Assembly (NCBI GenBank): GCA_050258715.1
Contig: JBLMZH010000016.1
Location: 1 to 52,504, forward strand
From: Acidobacteriaceae bacterium
GTDB lineage: Bacteria; Patescibacteriota; Doudnabacteria; UBA920; O2-02-FULL-48-8
Reading direction: 5' to 3'
Length of the DNA stretch: 52,504 bases
The position numbers and the translations under genes are program-made. Below, one piece after another: positions 30,848-40,672 of the stretch. Numbering within the stretch: position 1 is the stretch's first letter; every line of letters begins with the position of its first letter. The notes beneath the pieces were generated by a model. That model did not search any database and was not told where the DNA came from. It worked only from the letters and a program-made list of their open reading frames with translations.

Positions 30848-31930
30848 ATGCGAATTGCTCAAATTGCTCCGCTTTGGATCCCCATTCCGCCCAGGACCTA
30901 TGGGGGCATTGAATTAATGGTCTTTAACCTGGTGGAAGAACTGAAAAAGCGCGGCCACGAGATCGTGCTTTACGCCAGCGGCGACTCGCATGCCGGCGTT
31001 GAAACCAAATCAGTGGTTGAACAAGCACTCTGGCTGCAAAAGCAGGTCCGCAATCCCCACGCGGCCATAATCCGAATGCTCAATCAGATCAGGCAGGATG
31101 TGGGAGCGTACGACCTCATCCACAATCATTTTAATTTTTTTATGTTTCCCTTGGCCAATGAGCCAAAGGCTCCGCCGATTTTGACCACGATCCACAACCC
31201 CATTGACCAAAGCCTGGCTGAGACCATCAAACAGTTCCCCAATCTTCATTTTTGCGTTTTGTCCGAAGATGAGCGCAAGAGCGCCGAGGAATTCGGCATC
31301 GCGACCGACGGAGTGGTTCCCAACGGCATCGAAATCGAAAAATATACGTTCAATCCGAAGATGGGCGACTATCTCCTTTATCTTGGCCGCTTAAACCGGG
31401 AAAAAGGAATCGCGACCGCGCTCAGCGTGGCCAAAAAAAGCAACACCAAGATCGTCGTCGCCGGCAACATCGTCGGCGCGGAAGAATGGACCTACTTCAT
31501 GCACGAAGTCCAACCCAACCTTAACGAAGAAAACGTCAAATTCGTGGGCCAGGTGGACTTCGCGGAAAAGATCAAACTTCTCTCAAACGCCAAGGCTCTG
31601 CTGTTTCCCATTGACCGCCGCGAACCATTCGGCCTGGTCATGATCGAAGCCATGGCCTGCGGCACGCCGGTCATCGCCTTCGGCAAGGGTTCGGTTCCCG
31701 AAATCGTCGAGAACGGCAAGAACGGGTTCGTGGTCAACACCGAGGACGAGATGGTCCAAATGGTGGACAAGATCGGGTTCATCAACCGCGAGCATTGCCG
31801 GAAGGCTGTCGAGGAAAAATACACGATCAAGCACATGACCGACAAATACGAAGAAATTTACCAGAAGATTCTAAAAAAGAACAAAAATTTTTCCAGCATA
31901 GAACGTTCATTAAGCAGTTCAAAAGCATAA
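30848..31930 (+). CDS. GT4-family (group 1) glycosyltransferase, paralog 1
   Basis: N-terminus MRIAQIAPLW.PIPP..YGGIE, C-terminus EPFGLVMIEAMACGTPVIAF..GS.PEIVENGKNGFVV. Confidence 0.85.
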   Translation: MRIAQIAPLWIPIPPRTYGGIELMVFNLVEELKKRGHEIVLYASGDSHAGVETKSVVEQALWLQKQVRNPHAAIIRMLNQIRQDVGAYDLIHNHFNFFMFPLANEPKAPPILTTIHNPIDQSLAETIKQFPNLHFCVLSEDERKSAEEFGIATDGVVPNGIEIEKYTFNPKMGDYLLYLGRLNREKGIATALSVAKKSNTKIVVAGNIVGAEEWTYFMHEVQPNLNEENVKFVGQVDFAEKIKLLSNAKALLFPIDRREPFGLVMIEAMACGTPVIAFGKGSVPEIVENGKNGFVVNTEDEMVQMVDKIGFINREHCRKAVEEKYTIKHMTDKYEEIYQKILKKNKNFSSIERSLSSSKA

Positions 31931-31935
31931 ACAAA

Positions 31936-33021
31936 ATGCCAAAAAAACTCAGGATAGCCCAGATCGCGCCGCTTTGGATAACCATTCCGCCCAAAAAATA
32001 CGGAGGGATCGAGCGGATCATTGCTTTGCTCGCCGACGGATTGGTCGAACGCGGGCATGACGTAACGCTCTTTGCATCCCCCGGGTCGAAGACCAAGGGT
32101 AAACTGGTTTCAGTCTTTGACCAGCCGCTTTTGGAAGCCGGCGTTCCCTGGTCAAATCCCGTCTGGAACCTAAGGAATTTGTCCAAGGCCTACCAAATGG
32201 CCAATGAAGGCAAATTCGACATCATCCACACTCATCTGGACATCTGGTCCATGTTTTTCTGCAACTTAAGCCGCACCCCGACCATCCAGACCATGCACAA
32301 TCCCCTCTACCGCACGAATGCCGATGCGGACAAGAATGACCGCCTGCGCATCTACCGCGAAGAGTCAGGCAACATAAACATGGTCTTTATCAGCGAATCC
32401 GCCAGAAATTGCGCGAACGTCAAATTCAAGGACAAGAACGCGCGGATCATTTACAACGCCAGCGACATCAGAGATTTCAAGTTCAACCCCAAGCCCAAGG
32501 ATCATTTTGTCTGGATCGCAAGAATGGACAAGCACAAAGGGATCGAAAACGCGATCGCGGCCGCGGAAAAATTGAATCTCAATCTGCTCGTCGCCGGCCG
32601 CATCGATCCGGCCAAAACCGATTATTTCAAAAATGTCATCAAGCCGCACTTAAATTCCAAAATCAAGTACGTCGGGGAACTTTCCGAAAAACAGCTGTCC
32701 AAGTTTTACGGCGAAGCCAAGGCTCTGCTTTATCCGATCGAATGGGAAGAGCCGTTCGGCCTGGTCGTAACCGAAGCCATGGCTTGCGGCACGCCGGTTA
32801 TTGCCTATGACCGCGGATCGATGCGGGAACTTATCGACCACGGAAAAACCGGATTTGTGATTCCGAGCAACATCAACGCCTTGGTCTCGGCCATCAAGCA
32901 AATAGACAAAATCGACCGCGCCGAAGTCCGAAAACAGGCGGTCAAAAGATTCGGCTCCGATGTGATGGTGGAAAATTACGAGCGGGCCTATTACGAAATC
33001 TTAAAGAAAGCAAAACGATGA
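31936..33021 (+). CDS. GT4-family glycosyltransferase, paralog 2
   Basis: MPKKLRIAQIAPLWITIPPKKYGGIE and EPFGLVVTEAMACGTPVIAY. The true ATG is at 31936. The track ORF from 31795 overlaps paralog 1. Confidence 0.85.
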   Translation: MPKKLRIAQIAPLWITIPPKKYGGIERIIALLADGLVERGHDVTLFASPGSKTKGKLVSVFDQPLLEAGVPWSNPVWNLRNLSKAYQMANEGKFDIIHTHLDIWSMFFCNLSRTPTIQTMHNPLYRTNADADKNDRLRIYREESGNINMVFISESARNCANVKFKDKNARIIYNASDIRDFKFNPKPKDHFVWIARMDKHKGIENAIAAAEKLNLNLLVAGRIDPAKTDYFKNVIKPHLNSKIKYVGELSEKQLSKFYGEAKALLYPIEWEEPFGLVVTEAMACGTPVIAYDRGSMRELIDHGKTGFVIPSNINALVSAIKQIDKIDRAEVRKQAVKRFGSDVMVENYERAYYEILKKAKR

Positions 33022-34145
33022 GGAAACTCCGAATCGGCGTCATGGTCACGGGCCATTTCGCCGTTCCGCCGCCAAAAAATGTAATCTACGCGCCTTACGA
33101 CGTGGCTGCCGCAATAAGCCTGGGACTGGCCCAGCGCGGGCACAAGGTTTCTTTCTTCGCTCCTAAAGGATCAAAGCTTAGCGGGGTCAATATCATCGAG
33201 TGTCCGATCCCTGCCCTGTTTGATCCGAACAAAGCCGGAATTTTGTTTGAGCCCGAGGTCCGCGACCTCGAGCGCGAAAAGATCGAAAACCTCTGGGACC
33301 AATATATCATCAGCCGCATGTACAAAGAAGCGCTGGCGGGCAAGCTCGATGCTTTGCACATCCATCCTGTGGACCGGGCCTTGCCGTTTGCCTCGATCAA
33401 CCAGACCATTCCCACTGTTTATACCCTGCACGACCCGATCTACCCCTGGCGCATGAAGCTTTTCAAAATGTTCTACAGTCCAAACCAGCATTATGTGGCG
33501 ATCAGCAAATCGCAGGGCAATTCGGCCAAAGGGCTGCCTATTGCCGCCACCATTTACAACGGCGTGGATTTGAAAGCCTTCCCTTATTCCGCAAAGGCCC
33601 AGGACCGGCTCCTGTTTGTCGGGCGAATCAAGCCGACCAAGGGTGTCGCGGAAGCGGTCAAGGTCGCTGCTAAAACCGGACAAAAACTGGACATCCTGGG
33701 AATTTTTGGCCGCTACGATCAGGATTATTTCATGAAAGAAGTCCAACCGTTTTTAAACGAACAGATCAGATACATCGGCTACGTCCCCCACGACGAGCTT
33801 TATAAATATTATGGCAAAGCAAAAGCTGTTTTGATGCCGACCAAATGGGACGAGCCGTTCGGCTTGGTCTCTGTCGAGGCTATGGCTTCGGGAACTCCCG
33901 TGATCGCGTTTGACCGCGGCTCAATGCCGGAAATAATAAAAGACGGCAAAACGGGATTTTTGGTCAAGGACGTTGCAACCATGTGCAAGGCCGTTTCCAA
34001 GATCGATGAAATAAAGCGCGAAGACTGCCGGAAACAGGTCGAAGAAAAATTCTCCGACGACCGGATGGTCGACGGTTACGAAGAACTATTTTACAAACTT
34101 GCGGAACGAAAAAATCTGAAAAAAAGAATCGCTATCCCAGCGTAA
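33018..34145 (+). CDS. GT4-family glycosyltransferase, paralog 3 (more divergent N-terminus)
   Basis: EPFGLVSVEAMASGTPVIAFDRGSMPEIIKDGKTGFLV. Has an ATGA overlap with paralog 2. Confidence 0.85.
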   Translation: MRKLRIGVMVTGHFAVPPPKNVIYAPYDVAAAISLGLAQRGHKVSFFAPKGSKLSGVNIIECPIPALFDPNKAGILFEPEVRDLEREKIENLWDQYIISRMYKEALAGKLDALHIHPVDRALPFASINQTIPTVYTLHDPIYPWRMKLFKMFYSPNQHYVAISKSQGNSAKGLPIAATIYNGVDLKAFPYSAKAQDRLLFVGRIKPTKGVAEAVKVAAKTGQKLDILGIFGRYDQDYFMKEVQPFLNEQIRYIGYVPHDELYKYYGKAKAVLMPTKWDEPFGLVSVEAMASGTPVIAFDRGSMPEIIKDGKTGFLVKDVATMCKAVSKIDEIKREDCRKQVEEKFSDDRMVDGYEELFYKLAERKNLKKRIAIPA

Positions 34146-34152
34146 AAAAATC

Positions 34153-34177
34153 CCGGAGATTTTCTCCGGTTTTTTTA
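34153..34177 (+). terminator. Intrinsic terminator of the GT operon
   Basis: CCGGAGA-ttt-TCTCCGG followed by TTTTTTT. Confidence 0.75.
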
Positions 34178-34250
34178 CGCGTCTTCGCTCGATTCTTGAT
34201 TGAGCGAATTTTTCTCCCAAACTAAAAATTTGCGCTGTCGGAAATTTTCC

Positions 34251-34289
34251 CAAAAAAAAGCGGGGAAATAACACGCAGGTTACTTCCCC
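34251..34289 (-). terminator. Candidate intrinsic terminator
   Basis: Minus strand GGGGAA-16 nt-TTCCCC followed by GCTTTTTTTTGG. Confidence 0.45.
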
Positions 34290-34295
34290 ATCAAA

Positions 34296-35093
34296 CTACC
34301 GCGGCAGGACTTTGACTATCGCCCCGTGCAGCTCAGCCCAGTCGTGGTGCCAAGTGTCAGCCACCCAAGGAGCGGCAGCAACAGCCCTTTGGCCTTCCAC
34401 GGGCAGCCGCATCCTGATTTCCGTGCCGTCGCAAGTGCCCTTGGCGTTTTCCTGAGTGATCGGGCCCTGGCAGGGAATTTCGATCTGAAGCCGGCCCAGG
34501 GTTTGCGGGAAGGCGTTGCCTGGCAGAAGCAGCCGCTTGTAAGGCTCATCGACCACCATCTTCGCCGTCCAATCCCCGTCGTACTCCATTTCGACAAACT
34601 CGATTCTGCCGACTGCGACTTCGCAATTGCTAAGCACGCGCAGCCTCGACTTGAGGTAAACCGCAGCCCAAAGCTTGGAGTCGCAGGCCAGTTCCATCTG
34701 CTCGGCAGTAATGGAACAGTCCACTGATGCCTGGGCAGTTCCCTGGCAGCCCTCGGAAGCAGTCAGCTTGTACCCGTCAGGCCAGGGGTGACCGTCAGAT
34801 CCGGGCAGGACCCGGAATTTGTATTCGGCTCCCCGCTCGATGTCCAGAGCGATCTTCATGCTTGCCTGGGCGGGAAAAGCCGAAACTTTCCCGCTCTGCA
34901 TTAGTTCGATCTGGAAATCGGACGGGATTGCCGTGCCCCAAGACTGGTTTAGGACCTTGAGGCTGAAGTTGGCCTGCGGCTTCTGTTGAGATGCGCCGGT
35001 TTGGGATGGCGTCGCCGGGTTGTTTGTCTTCCCGTTGCACGCCAGCACGATCGCAGCTAACACAGTAAACACCGCCAATATCCTCTTCATCAT
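34296..35093 (-). CDS. Putative lipoprotein, GC-rich, function unknown
   Basis: MMKRILAVFTVLAAIVLAC: signal peptide with a lipobox-like VLAC. A strong SD (AGGGGGA) lies before ATG 35093. The longer track ORF start is unlikely. Confidence 0.6.
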   Translation of the reverse strand: MMKRILAVFTVLAAIVLACNGKTNNPATPSQTGASQQKPQANFSLKVLNQSWGTAIPSDFQIELMQSGKVSAFPAQASMKIALDIERGAEYKFRVLPGSDGHPWPDGYKLTASEGCQGTAQASVDCSITAEQMELACDSKLWAAVYLKSRLRVLSNCEVAVGRIEFVEMEYDGDWTAKMVVDEPYKRLLLPGNAFPQTLGRLQIEIPCQGPITQENAKGTCDGTEIRMRLPVEGQRAVAAAPWVADTWHHDWAELHGAIVKVLPR

Positions 35094-35183
35094 TCCCCCT
35101 TTGCGATTTATGAGTTTAGCATAAAAGCAAAAGCCGCGAAAGCCCTTTAAGGAGCCTGCGCGGCGCTTCAAGTTCTGCTGATT

Positions 35184-35492
35184 TTATTGGCGCTTCCAGG
35201 AAGCGTAATTTTCTTCGATCTTTTTTGCGACCTCAAGATCGCGGTCCGTGACTTTGCCTCCGACGTCAAAGCGCTGGAGGAAAAACTGGATCTTGCTATA
35301 CATGATGAAAGTGTCCGGGTGATGGTCCATGGTCTCAAAATATGCGACCATTGAATTGACGAAACTTAACGAATCAACAAAGTCCTTGAACTGGAATTCC
35401 TTCGAGATTTTGTTGTCGGAATAGGACCAGCCAGGCAGGTTCCCTAATCCATTTTTAACTTCATCTTCCGAAAGAACATTCGGTTTGTCCAT
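35184..35492 (-). CDS. Pterin-4a-carbinolamine dehydratase (PCD/DCoH family)
   Basis: L..LPGW......I.KEF.F.DF..S..FVN.....E..DHHPD pattern. Confidence 0.85.
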   Translation of the reverse strand: MDKPNVLSEDEVKNGLGNLPGWSYSDNKISKEFQFKDFVDSLSFVNSMVAYFETMDHHPDTFIMYSKIQFFLQRFDVGGKVTDRDLEVAKKIEENYASWKRQ

Positions 35493-35567
35493 TTTGAATA
35501 GGTTAATTCATTTGGAATGCTAGGGCTATTCCTTAAGGATTGCAATGGTCAGCATGACCAATTACAA

Positions 35568-36035
35568 TTACCTATTTAACCGATAGACCGAATAGGTCAA
35601 ATAAGTTGCAAAAGACACCCAGATGAAATACGGGATCAATAATGCTGCCGAAAGTTTGTTCTTGGGCCAAATGAGGATAACCAAAGCCAATATCGTCAAT
35701 CCAAGGAGGCCGGCCTCAAATATCGCAAGTTTTAATTGGTGGCTGGCAAAGAACAGGTAGCTCCATAAATAATTCAGGATCCCGTTCGCAACAAAAATTG
35801 AGATCACCAGCCAAAAACTTTGATCATGAGGAAGTTTGTTCCAAACGATCAAAGCCGCAACTGTAGCCAGAATAAACAGGATCGTCCAAACCAAGCCAAT
35901 TGTGCTTCCTGGCGGAGTCCAGGACGGAAGTCTAATGCTTTGGTACCAGCCCTTCAGGCCTTGATTGGTAAAAAAACTTCCAATCGCGGCCACGGCAATG
36001 GTAAACAAAGGAATTACTAAATAGTTTAATTTCAT
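35568..36035 (-). CDS. tspO: TspO/MBR family tryptophan-rich sensory protein
   Basis: WY..L..PSWTPP......VWT.L and N..WS.LFF motifs. 5 TM. Confidence 0.85.
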   Translation of the reverse strand: MKLNYLVIPLFTIAVAAIGSFFTNQGLKGWYQSIRLPSWTPPGSTIGLVWTILFILATVAALIVWNKLPHDQSFWLVISIFVANGILNYLWSYLFFASHQLKLAIFEAGLLGLTILALVILIWPKNKLSAALLIPYFIWVSFATYLTYSVYRLNR

Positions 36036-36053
36036 TTTTTCTTAATCCTATTT

Positions 36054-36455
36054 CTATTCGGTTGTTTTTCCGTCAAAATGCTCGTCGTCGGCTTCGGCTT
36101 GAGCTTTGGTCTCATGCGCCACTTGGTCGCGGTGGTGAGGCGGGCTGTAAATCGTATAGAGCTTTAGCACTTCCCCGGTTTCGGAAGTATTGATGACGTT
36201 GTGCATGGCGCCCTGCGGTACGATCGCTGCGTCGCCGTCAGCCACCTTGTATTGGTTTCCGTCAATGACGAGCAGGCCCTTGCCTGATTCGAACCTGAAG
36301 AACTGGTCGCCGTCATCATGAACCTCCATGCCGATCTCTTCACCGGGCTTAAGCGACATCAGCACCAGCTGGCTGTTCTCGGCAGTATAGAGAACTTTTC
36401 GAAAATTATTGTTCTCTTTGGTTAATGATTCGATGTTATCTTTGTATCCCTTCAT
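36054..36455 (-). CDS. Cupin-domain protein
   Basis: G.E.G.E.H...DQFFR...G and P.G..HNV.N cupin motifs. Confidence 0.75.
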   Translation of the reverse strand: MKGYKDNIESLTKENNNFRKVLYTAENSQLVLMSLKPGEEIGMEVHDDGDQFFRFESGKGLLVIDGNQYKVADGDAAIVPQGAMHNVINTSETGEVLKLYTIYSPPHHRDQVAHETKAQAEADDEHFDGKTTE

Positions 36456-36473
36456 AAGTTTTTGGGTTAATGG

Positions 36474-36896
36474 TTATTTTAAGAAAACCGAGGCTAAAAC
36501 TCCGGCCGTGACCAATACTCCGCCCGTGATATTGCCCCAGGTCGGTTTTTCACTGAGAAAAATAAGGGCCAAGATCACGGTCAAAGCCACGCTAAGCTTG
36601 TCTATCGGGGCCACTCTGGAAGCCTCCCCAAGCTGCAAGGCCTTATAGTAGAACAACCACGACAATCCTGTGGCGATCGCGGACAAAACGATAAACAGCA
36701 TTGTGTGCCGGGAAATTTTTGAAATCTCCGAGGCGTTGCCCTGGACGAAGACAATGGCCCAGGCAAAGCCCACGATGATCACGGTCCGAATTGCGACCAT
36801 GAGGTTGCTGTCGATGCCCTTAACTCCGATCTTGCCAAAGATGGCGACAAGGGAAGCGAAAAATGCCGACAAAATCGCGTAAATGGCCCAACTCAT
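36474..36896 (-). CDS. Single-EamA-domain small DMT-type membrane transporter
   Basis: 140 aa, 4-5 TM, with the pattern ..YYKALQ.G..S.V.PI...S.. Confidence 0.7.
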   Translation of the reverse strand: MSWAIYAILSAFFASLVAIFGKIGVKGIDSNLMVAIRTVIIVGFAWAIVFVQGNASEISKISRHTMLFIVLSAIATGLSWLFYYKALQLGEASRVAPIDKLSVALTVILALIFLSEKPTWGNITGGVLVTAGVLASVFLK

Positions 36897-36942
36897 AAAG
36901 TTTTGTTCCTTATAATTATTTTATCAGACTTTTAATATAACG

Positions 36943-37980
36943 CTAGCTAATTGAGGCTAAATCGTCGCCCAGTTTCCGCCCTTCCTTAAAGTAAATCAGC
37001 AGCGCCGCAAGGAACGGCAACAAGTAATAGACTATCCGAAACAGGCCGACAACCAGGATCAGTCCGGCCGCGCTTAAGCCTAAGCGCGAAAAGAATAAAA
37101 TTAAGACGGCATCTTCCGACCCGAATCCGCCCGGTATCATGGACAGTTCGCCGATTAAGACGCTGATAAAAAATCCGGCCCCAACCGCAACCAGCGGCGA
37201 ATACAAGCCCAGCGCCTTCAGGCAAAAATACAGGCAAAAAATCGTAAACGCCCAATCGACTGCGATTATCCCGATCGCAAGAACCAGCGTTTTGGGATCT
37301 GATTTGATCAGATTCCGGTATTCCTCAAGCTTGTCTTCGATCTCGCCAATGTGCTGCGGCAAAGTCTCGTTCGAAAACTTCCTTGCCAGCTTAACAACCG
37401 CCGCAATTACTCTGCGCGAAAACCTCGAGGAAAATACGATCCCCGTCACAAACAAAACCAAGACGACAAAAACAAACAACGCCGCGCCTTCGATCCACGA
37501 CGGCCCGGGAATAACACCGGCCCTAAACGCATAAATTATGGAGAGAGGAAGCAAAAAAATAAAAACGATGTTATTGACGTATGAATGGATGAGCGACATC
37601 ATCACGACTTCCTTCGGCTTGACTCCCCACTTCTTCAAAAACAAAATCCTTACCGCAAAGCCGACGGCATTTCCCGTGGTGAAAATGTGGTTCATCGCAA
37701 TAGTCAAAAAACCGACCATGGTGGCTTCTCCAAACGGCGCCGGCATCTTTATGATCTTTCCGACTAAAGCGTAGCCCAAGCCTGCCAAAATCAGCGAGGC
37801 AAAAGCCGAAACAACGGCTGGAATGGCCCACCGCAAGTCCGCCTGCCTTAAGATATCGGACAACTCCGCGCGATTAAGGTATAAAAAATATCCCGCTGCG
37901 GCCAAAAGCAAAAAGAAGATTCCCCAGACCCAGAATCTCGGTTTTTTGATGAAATTTCCCAGTTTAAGATTTTGAGACAT
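36943..37980 (-). CDS. Lysyl-PG synthase TM region / flippase-like protein (UPF0104, MprF N-terminal-type)
   Basis: 8-TM protein with a family-typical layout. Overlaps the upstream synthase gene by 17 nt. Confidence 0.7.
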   Translation of the reverse strand: MSQNLKLGNFIKKPRFWVWGIFFLLLAAAGYFLYLNRAELSDILRQADLRWAIPAVVSAFASLILAGLGYALVGKIIKMPAPFGEATMVGFLTIAMNHIFTTGNAVGFAVRILFLKKWGVKPKEVVMMSLIHSYVNNIVFIFLLPLSIIYAFRAGVIPGPSWIEGAALFVFVVLVLFVTGIVFSSRFSRRVIAAVVKLARKFSNETLPQHIGEIEDKLEEYRNLIKSDPKTLVLAIGIIAVDWAFTIFCLYFCLKALGLYSPLVAVGAGFFISVLIGELSMIPGGFGSEDAVLILFFSRLGLSAAGLILVVGLFRIVYYLLPFLAALLIYFKEGRKLGDDLASIS

Positions 37981-39628
37981 TTTGCAGCGCCAGACCGGCC
38001 TTAATTAGATTGACGGGTAATCCCGGATAAGCCAAAAATCGATCCTGCCAAAGCGGCTTGAATTTCGACTTGTATTCCCTCAAGCCCTTAAACGCGAATA
38101 TGCCGTTGAGGTAATTATAGATCTGAGCAAGCCCTTTCTCCAAAAGCGGAGATTCTTCGCCCTGCCCCAGTCCGGCAAGCGGAGCCAGACCAAGATTGAA
38201 GGTTTTAAAGCCTTTTTGCCAAAAATGAACGATCAGGTTCAAAAACAAAAAATCCATGGCTCCTTTTGGCGCTGTCCTTGCAAACCGCATGAGATCAATC
38301 TGGGCTTCGCCTTTCATAAACGACGGAACTTCGTTGGCAAAGGCCTCGATTTTGCCCTGGTGCTCGATCACAAACAATCTTTGGTGAGCCAAATCGTTTT
38401 TGTTGAATTGGCCGACGGCAAACCCCCGCTCTTTGCGGTTCCTTTCGCTCAGCCATTCGCGCGACACCCTGTCCGCTTCAGCAAGAACTTCTTCGGACAA
38501 AGGCGGCTCGTACGCTTTGAAAATAAAACCTTCATCCTTTAGCTTCCTTTGGATTTTGCGGAAATATTTATTGACCGCCACCGTTCCGATAAACTGCTCA
38601 ATGTCGACCACGGCCTCTTCTCCGATCTTGACCGTCTTCATGCCCGCCTTGCGAAGTTCAGCCAAAAATCTTCCGGTAGTCTGATAGAACATGGGGATCC
38701 AGCCGTTGTCCCTGCTGTAACCGACGAAGCTGCTGATCAGTTCGGCCGCATCGCCCTCTTCGGAAACGACGGGATCCCCCAAGACCATTGCCGTATCCCT
38801 GAACACCCGGTAAGAAATAAAACCTTTCCGTTCCAGAAAAAAATAATTCTTATCAGGCAGCAACTGAAAATATCCAAGCTGATACTTTGGGTTAGACAAA
38901 AGAATGGAATGGGCCAGGCTTCGCTCATAAGGCAAGGTTCGAAAACGGTACTGCCAGGGCCGAAACAGGCTGTAGATGATCAGTCCCAAAGTTAAGAGTC
39001 CCATTACCTTAAGCGAATCAATAAACCAAGCCGCGTGCCTGGTTAAAGGTTCGATCCCGGGATTGCCCAATGAAGCGTAGGTTTGAAGCGTCTTAATCAC
39101 TGACCGCCCGATCCCGAATTCGGTCCCAAAATCCCGCTCTTCGAGAAAATCAAATCCCACTGTCCCGTAAACGATCGCGAGAAAAAACAGCGCCAGCGAT
39201 CTGACAACACCCTGTTTTATGCTGGCATACCCCGTCTTTGCCGTGAATCTGCCCCTAAAACCCCAAAGCACCAGCAAGGCTACGCCAAAAACGGCCAGCG
39301 GGACCCAATGAATGCGGTGGCGCAAAAGCAAAATTATCTGGACAGAAGTCGCGCCAAAAGCCAGCCGCCAGGCGTTTTGCTTTCGCCGGAACAAATTGAA
39401 TGACAAATAAATCAAAACCACGGCCAGAACCAGGGAAAGCAAGCGGCTTAGATGGAAAGTGCGCGATGAAAAAAGCTCCTGAAGCCTTTGGTGGCGCTGA
39501 ATGAACCGTCCAAATTCCAGATCGATAAGAATCAGAAGTCCGCTTGAAAACACCACGGCCGAAACGATGACGTGGCCAAAGCTATAAATTTTATCCCTGA
39601 ACTTTTTAATATTGTTTGCAGTGGGCAT
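37964..39628 (-). CDS. Aminoacyl-phosphatidylglycerol synthase (MprF C-terminal type: TM anchor plus DUF2156 domain)
   Basis: ..GFISYRV......VLGDPV.., ..RKERGFAVG.., ..AFKGLREYKSKFKPLWQDRFLAY at the C-terminus. Confidence 0.8.
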   Translation of the reverse strand: MPTANNIKKFRDKIYSFGHVIVSAVVFSSGLLILIDLEFGRFIQRHQRLQELFSSRTFHLSRLLSLVLAVVLIYLSFNLFRRKQNAWRLAFGATSVQIILLLRHRIHWVPLAVFGVALLVLWGFRGRFTAKTGYASIKQGVVRSLALFFLAIVYGTVGFDFLEERDFGTEFGIGRSVIKTLQTYASLGNPGIEPLTRHAAWFIDSLKVMGLLTLGLIIYSLFRPWQYRFRTLPYERSLAHSILLSNPKYQLGYFQLLPDKNYFFLERKGFISYRVFRDTAMVLGDPVVSEEGDAAELISSFVGYSRDNGWIPMFYQTTGRFLAELRKAGMKTVKIGEEAVVDIEQFIGTVAVNKYFRKIQRKLKDEGFIFKAYEPPLSEEVLAEADRVSREWLSERNRKERGFAVGQFNKNDLAHQRLFVIEHQGKIEAFANEVPSFMKGEAQIDLMRFARTAPKGAMDFLFLNLIVHFWQKGFKTFNLGLAPLAGLGQGEESPLLEKGLAQIYNYLNGIFAFKGLREYKSKFKPLWQDRFLAYPGLPVNLIKAGLALQNVSKS

Positions 39629-39634
39629 TTGGAT

Positions 39635-40612
39635 TTATCCTAACTTCCCCGAAAGCCATTCAAGGGCGTCGGGAAGGTGTCCGCTCCAGAACTTCCAATT
39701 ATGCTGGCCTGAAAAAGTTAATACCTCCGCATCGAATTTTTTTTGCTTGAGTTCGCCGGCCAGTTTTTCATTTTCCGGAAGGAGCGGATCCTGCTCTCCC
39801 GTGATCATCAGGATTTTGGCGTCGGTTTCCGCCAAGTCTTTTATATATTTTTGCGGAGAATTTTGGGCAATGACCGCAGCCGACCCCTGAATGACTTTCT
39901 CCGACAAAGGATTGATGTCTATCAGGCCGTAGCCTGACATGGAAACGGCAAAACCAAAAATATCCTGGTGCTTCAAAGTCAAATTCAAAGCCCCGAATCC
40001 GCCCGAAGACAAGCCGCCTATTGCCCGGTGCTGAGCGTCTGCCTCTGTCTTAAAATTCGAATCGACATAATTGACGACGACGCGAACGATAAAATCCTCG
40101 TTCGGCTGTTTGCCGTCCGGCGAATTGACATATTGGGTGTCGCGCAAAATGCCGCCGTTGCCGTCAGGAAAAACGACGATCAAAGGTTTGATCTTCCCTT
40201 GATCGATAAGCGAGTCCAGCGTTGATTGAGCCTGTCCGCCTTGAAGCCAGTCAGTCTCCTGCCCGGGCGAGCCATGCAAAAGATACAGAACAGGATATCG
40301 CTTTGAACCGTTTTCTTCATAGCCCTTGGGCAGATAAACGATCAGGTTTCTCCGCTCGCTCAAGCCGAAAGGCAGGCTGGTTTTAATCAGTTCGGATTGA
40401 GGAAGCTGGGTTGAAAGATCTTGGACCCCAACCATGCCCTTATAAGGGTCGGCCATGGGATTGAAGTGCGGAAAAAATCTCACCGTATCAATGAACTTGC
40501 CCGGCGACAGGACGAACAGGATCGCCCCTAAAGCAATTGCAACCAGCAAAATCTTGGATATTCTTTTTGCCATATCAACGATAATCATAGACAAAAGAAT
40601 GAGCGGAATCAA
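39635..40612 (-). CDS. Alpha/beta-hydrolase 'putative esterase' family protein
   Basis: YPVLYLLHGSPG..DW and the nucleophile elbow GGLSSGG. N-terminal TM or signal. Confidence 0.8.
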   Translation of the reverse strand: MIPLILLSMIIVDMAKRISKILLVAIALGAILFVLSPGKFIDTVRFFPHFNPMADPYKGMVGVQDLSTQLPQSELIKTSLPFGLSERRNLIVYLPKGYEENGSKRYPVLYLLHGSPGQETDWLQGGQAQSTLDSLIDQGKIKPLIVVFPDGNGGILRDTQYVNSPDGKQPNEDFIVRVVVNYVDSNFKTEADAQHRAIGGLSSGGFGALNLTLKHQDIFGFAVSMSGYGLIDINPLSEKVIQGSAAVIAQNSPQKYIKDLAETDAKILMITGEQDPLLPENEKLAGELKQKKFDAEVLTFSGQHNWKFWSGHLPDALEWLSGKLG

Positions 40613-40672
40613 TCGTCAAATATCTAGCAATTCATACAAAAAAGCCGCTTTCCTGCGGCCTTGTTTTGGAGA

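Noticed and set aside
31795-31935. Upstream extension of the second glycosyltransferase ORF
   Set aside because: It overlaps the 3' end of paralog 1 in another frame. The paralog-conserved N-terminus MPKKLRIAQIAPLW starts at ATG 31936.
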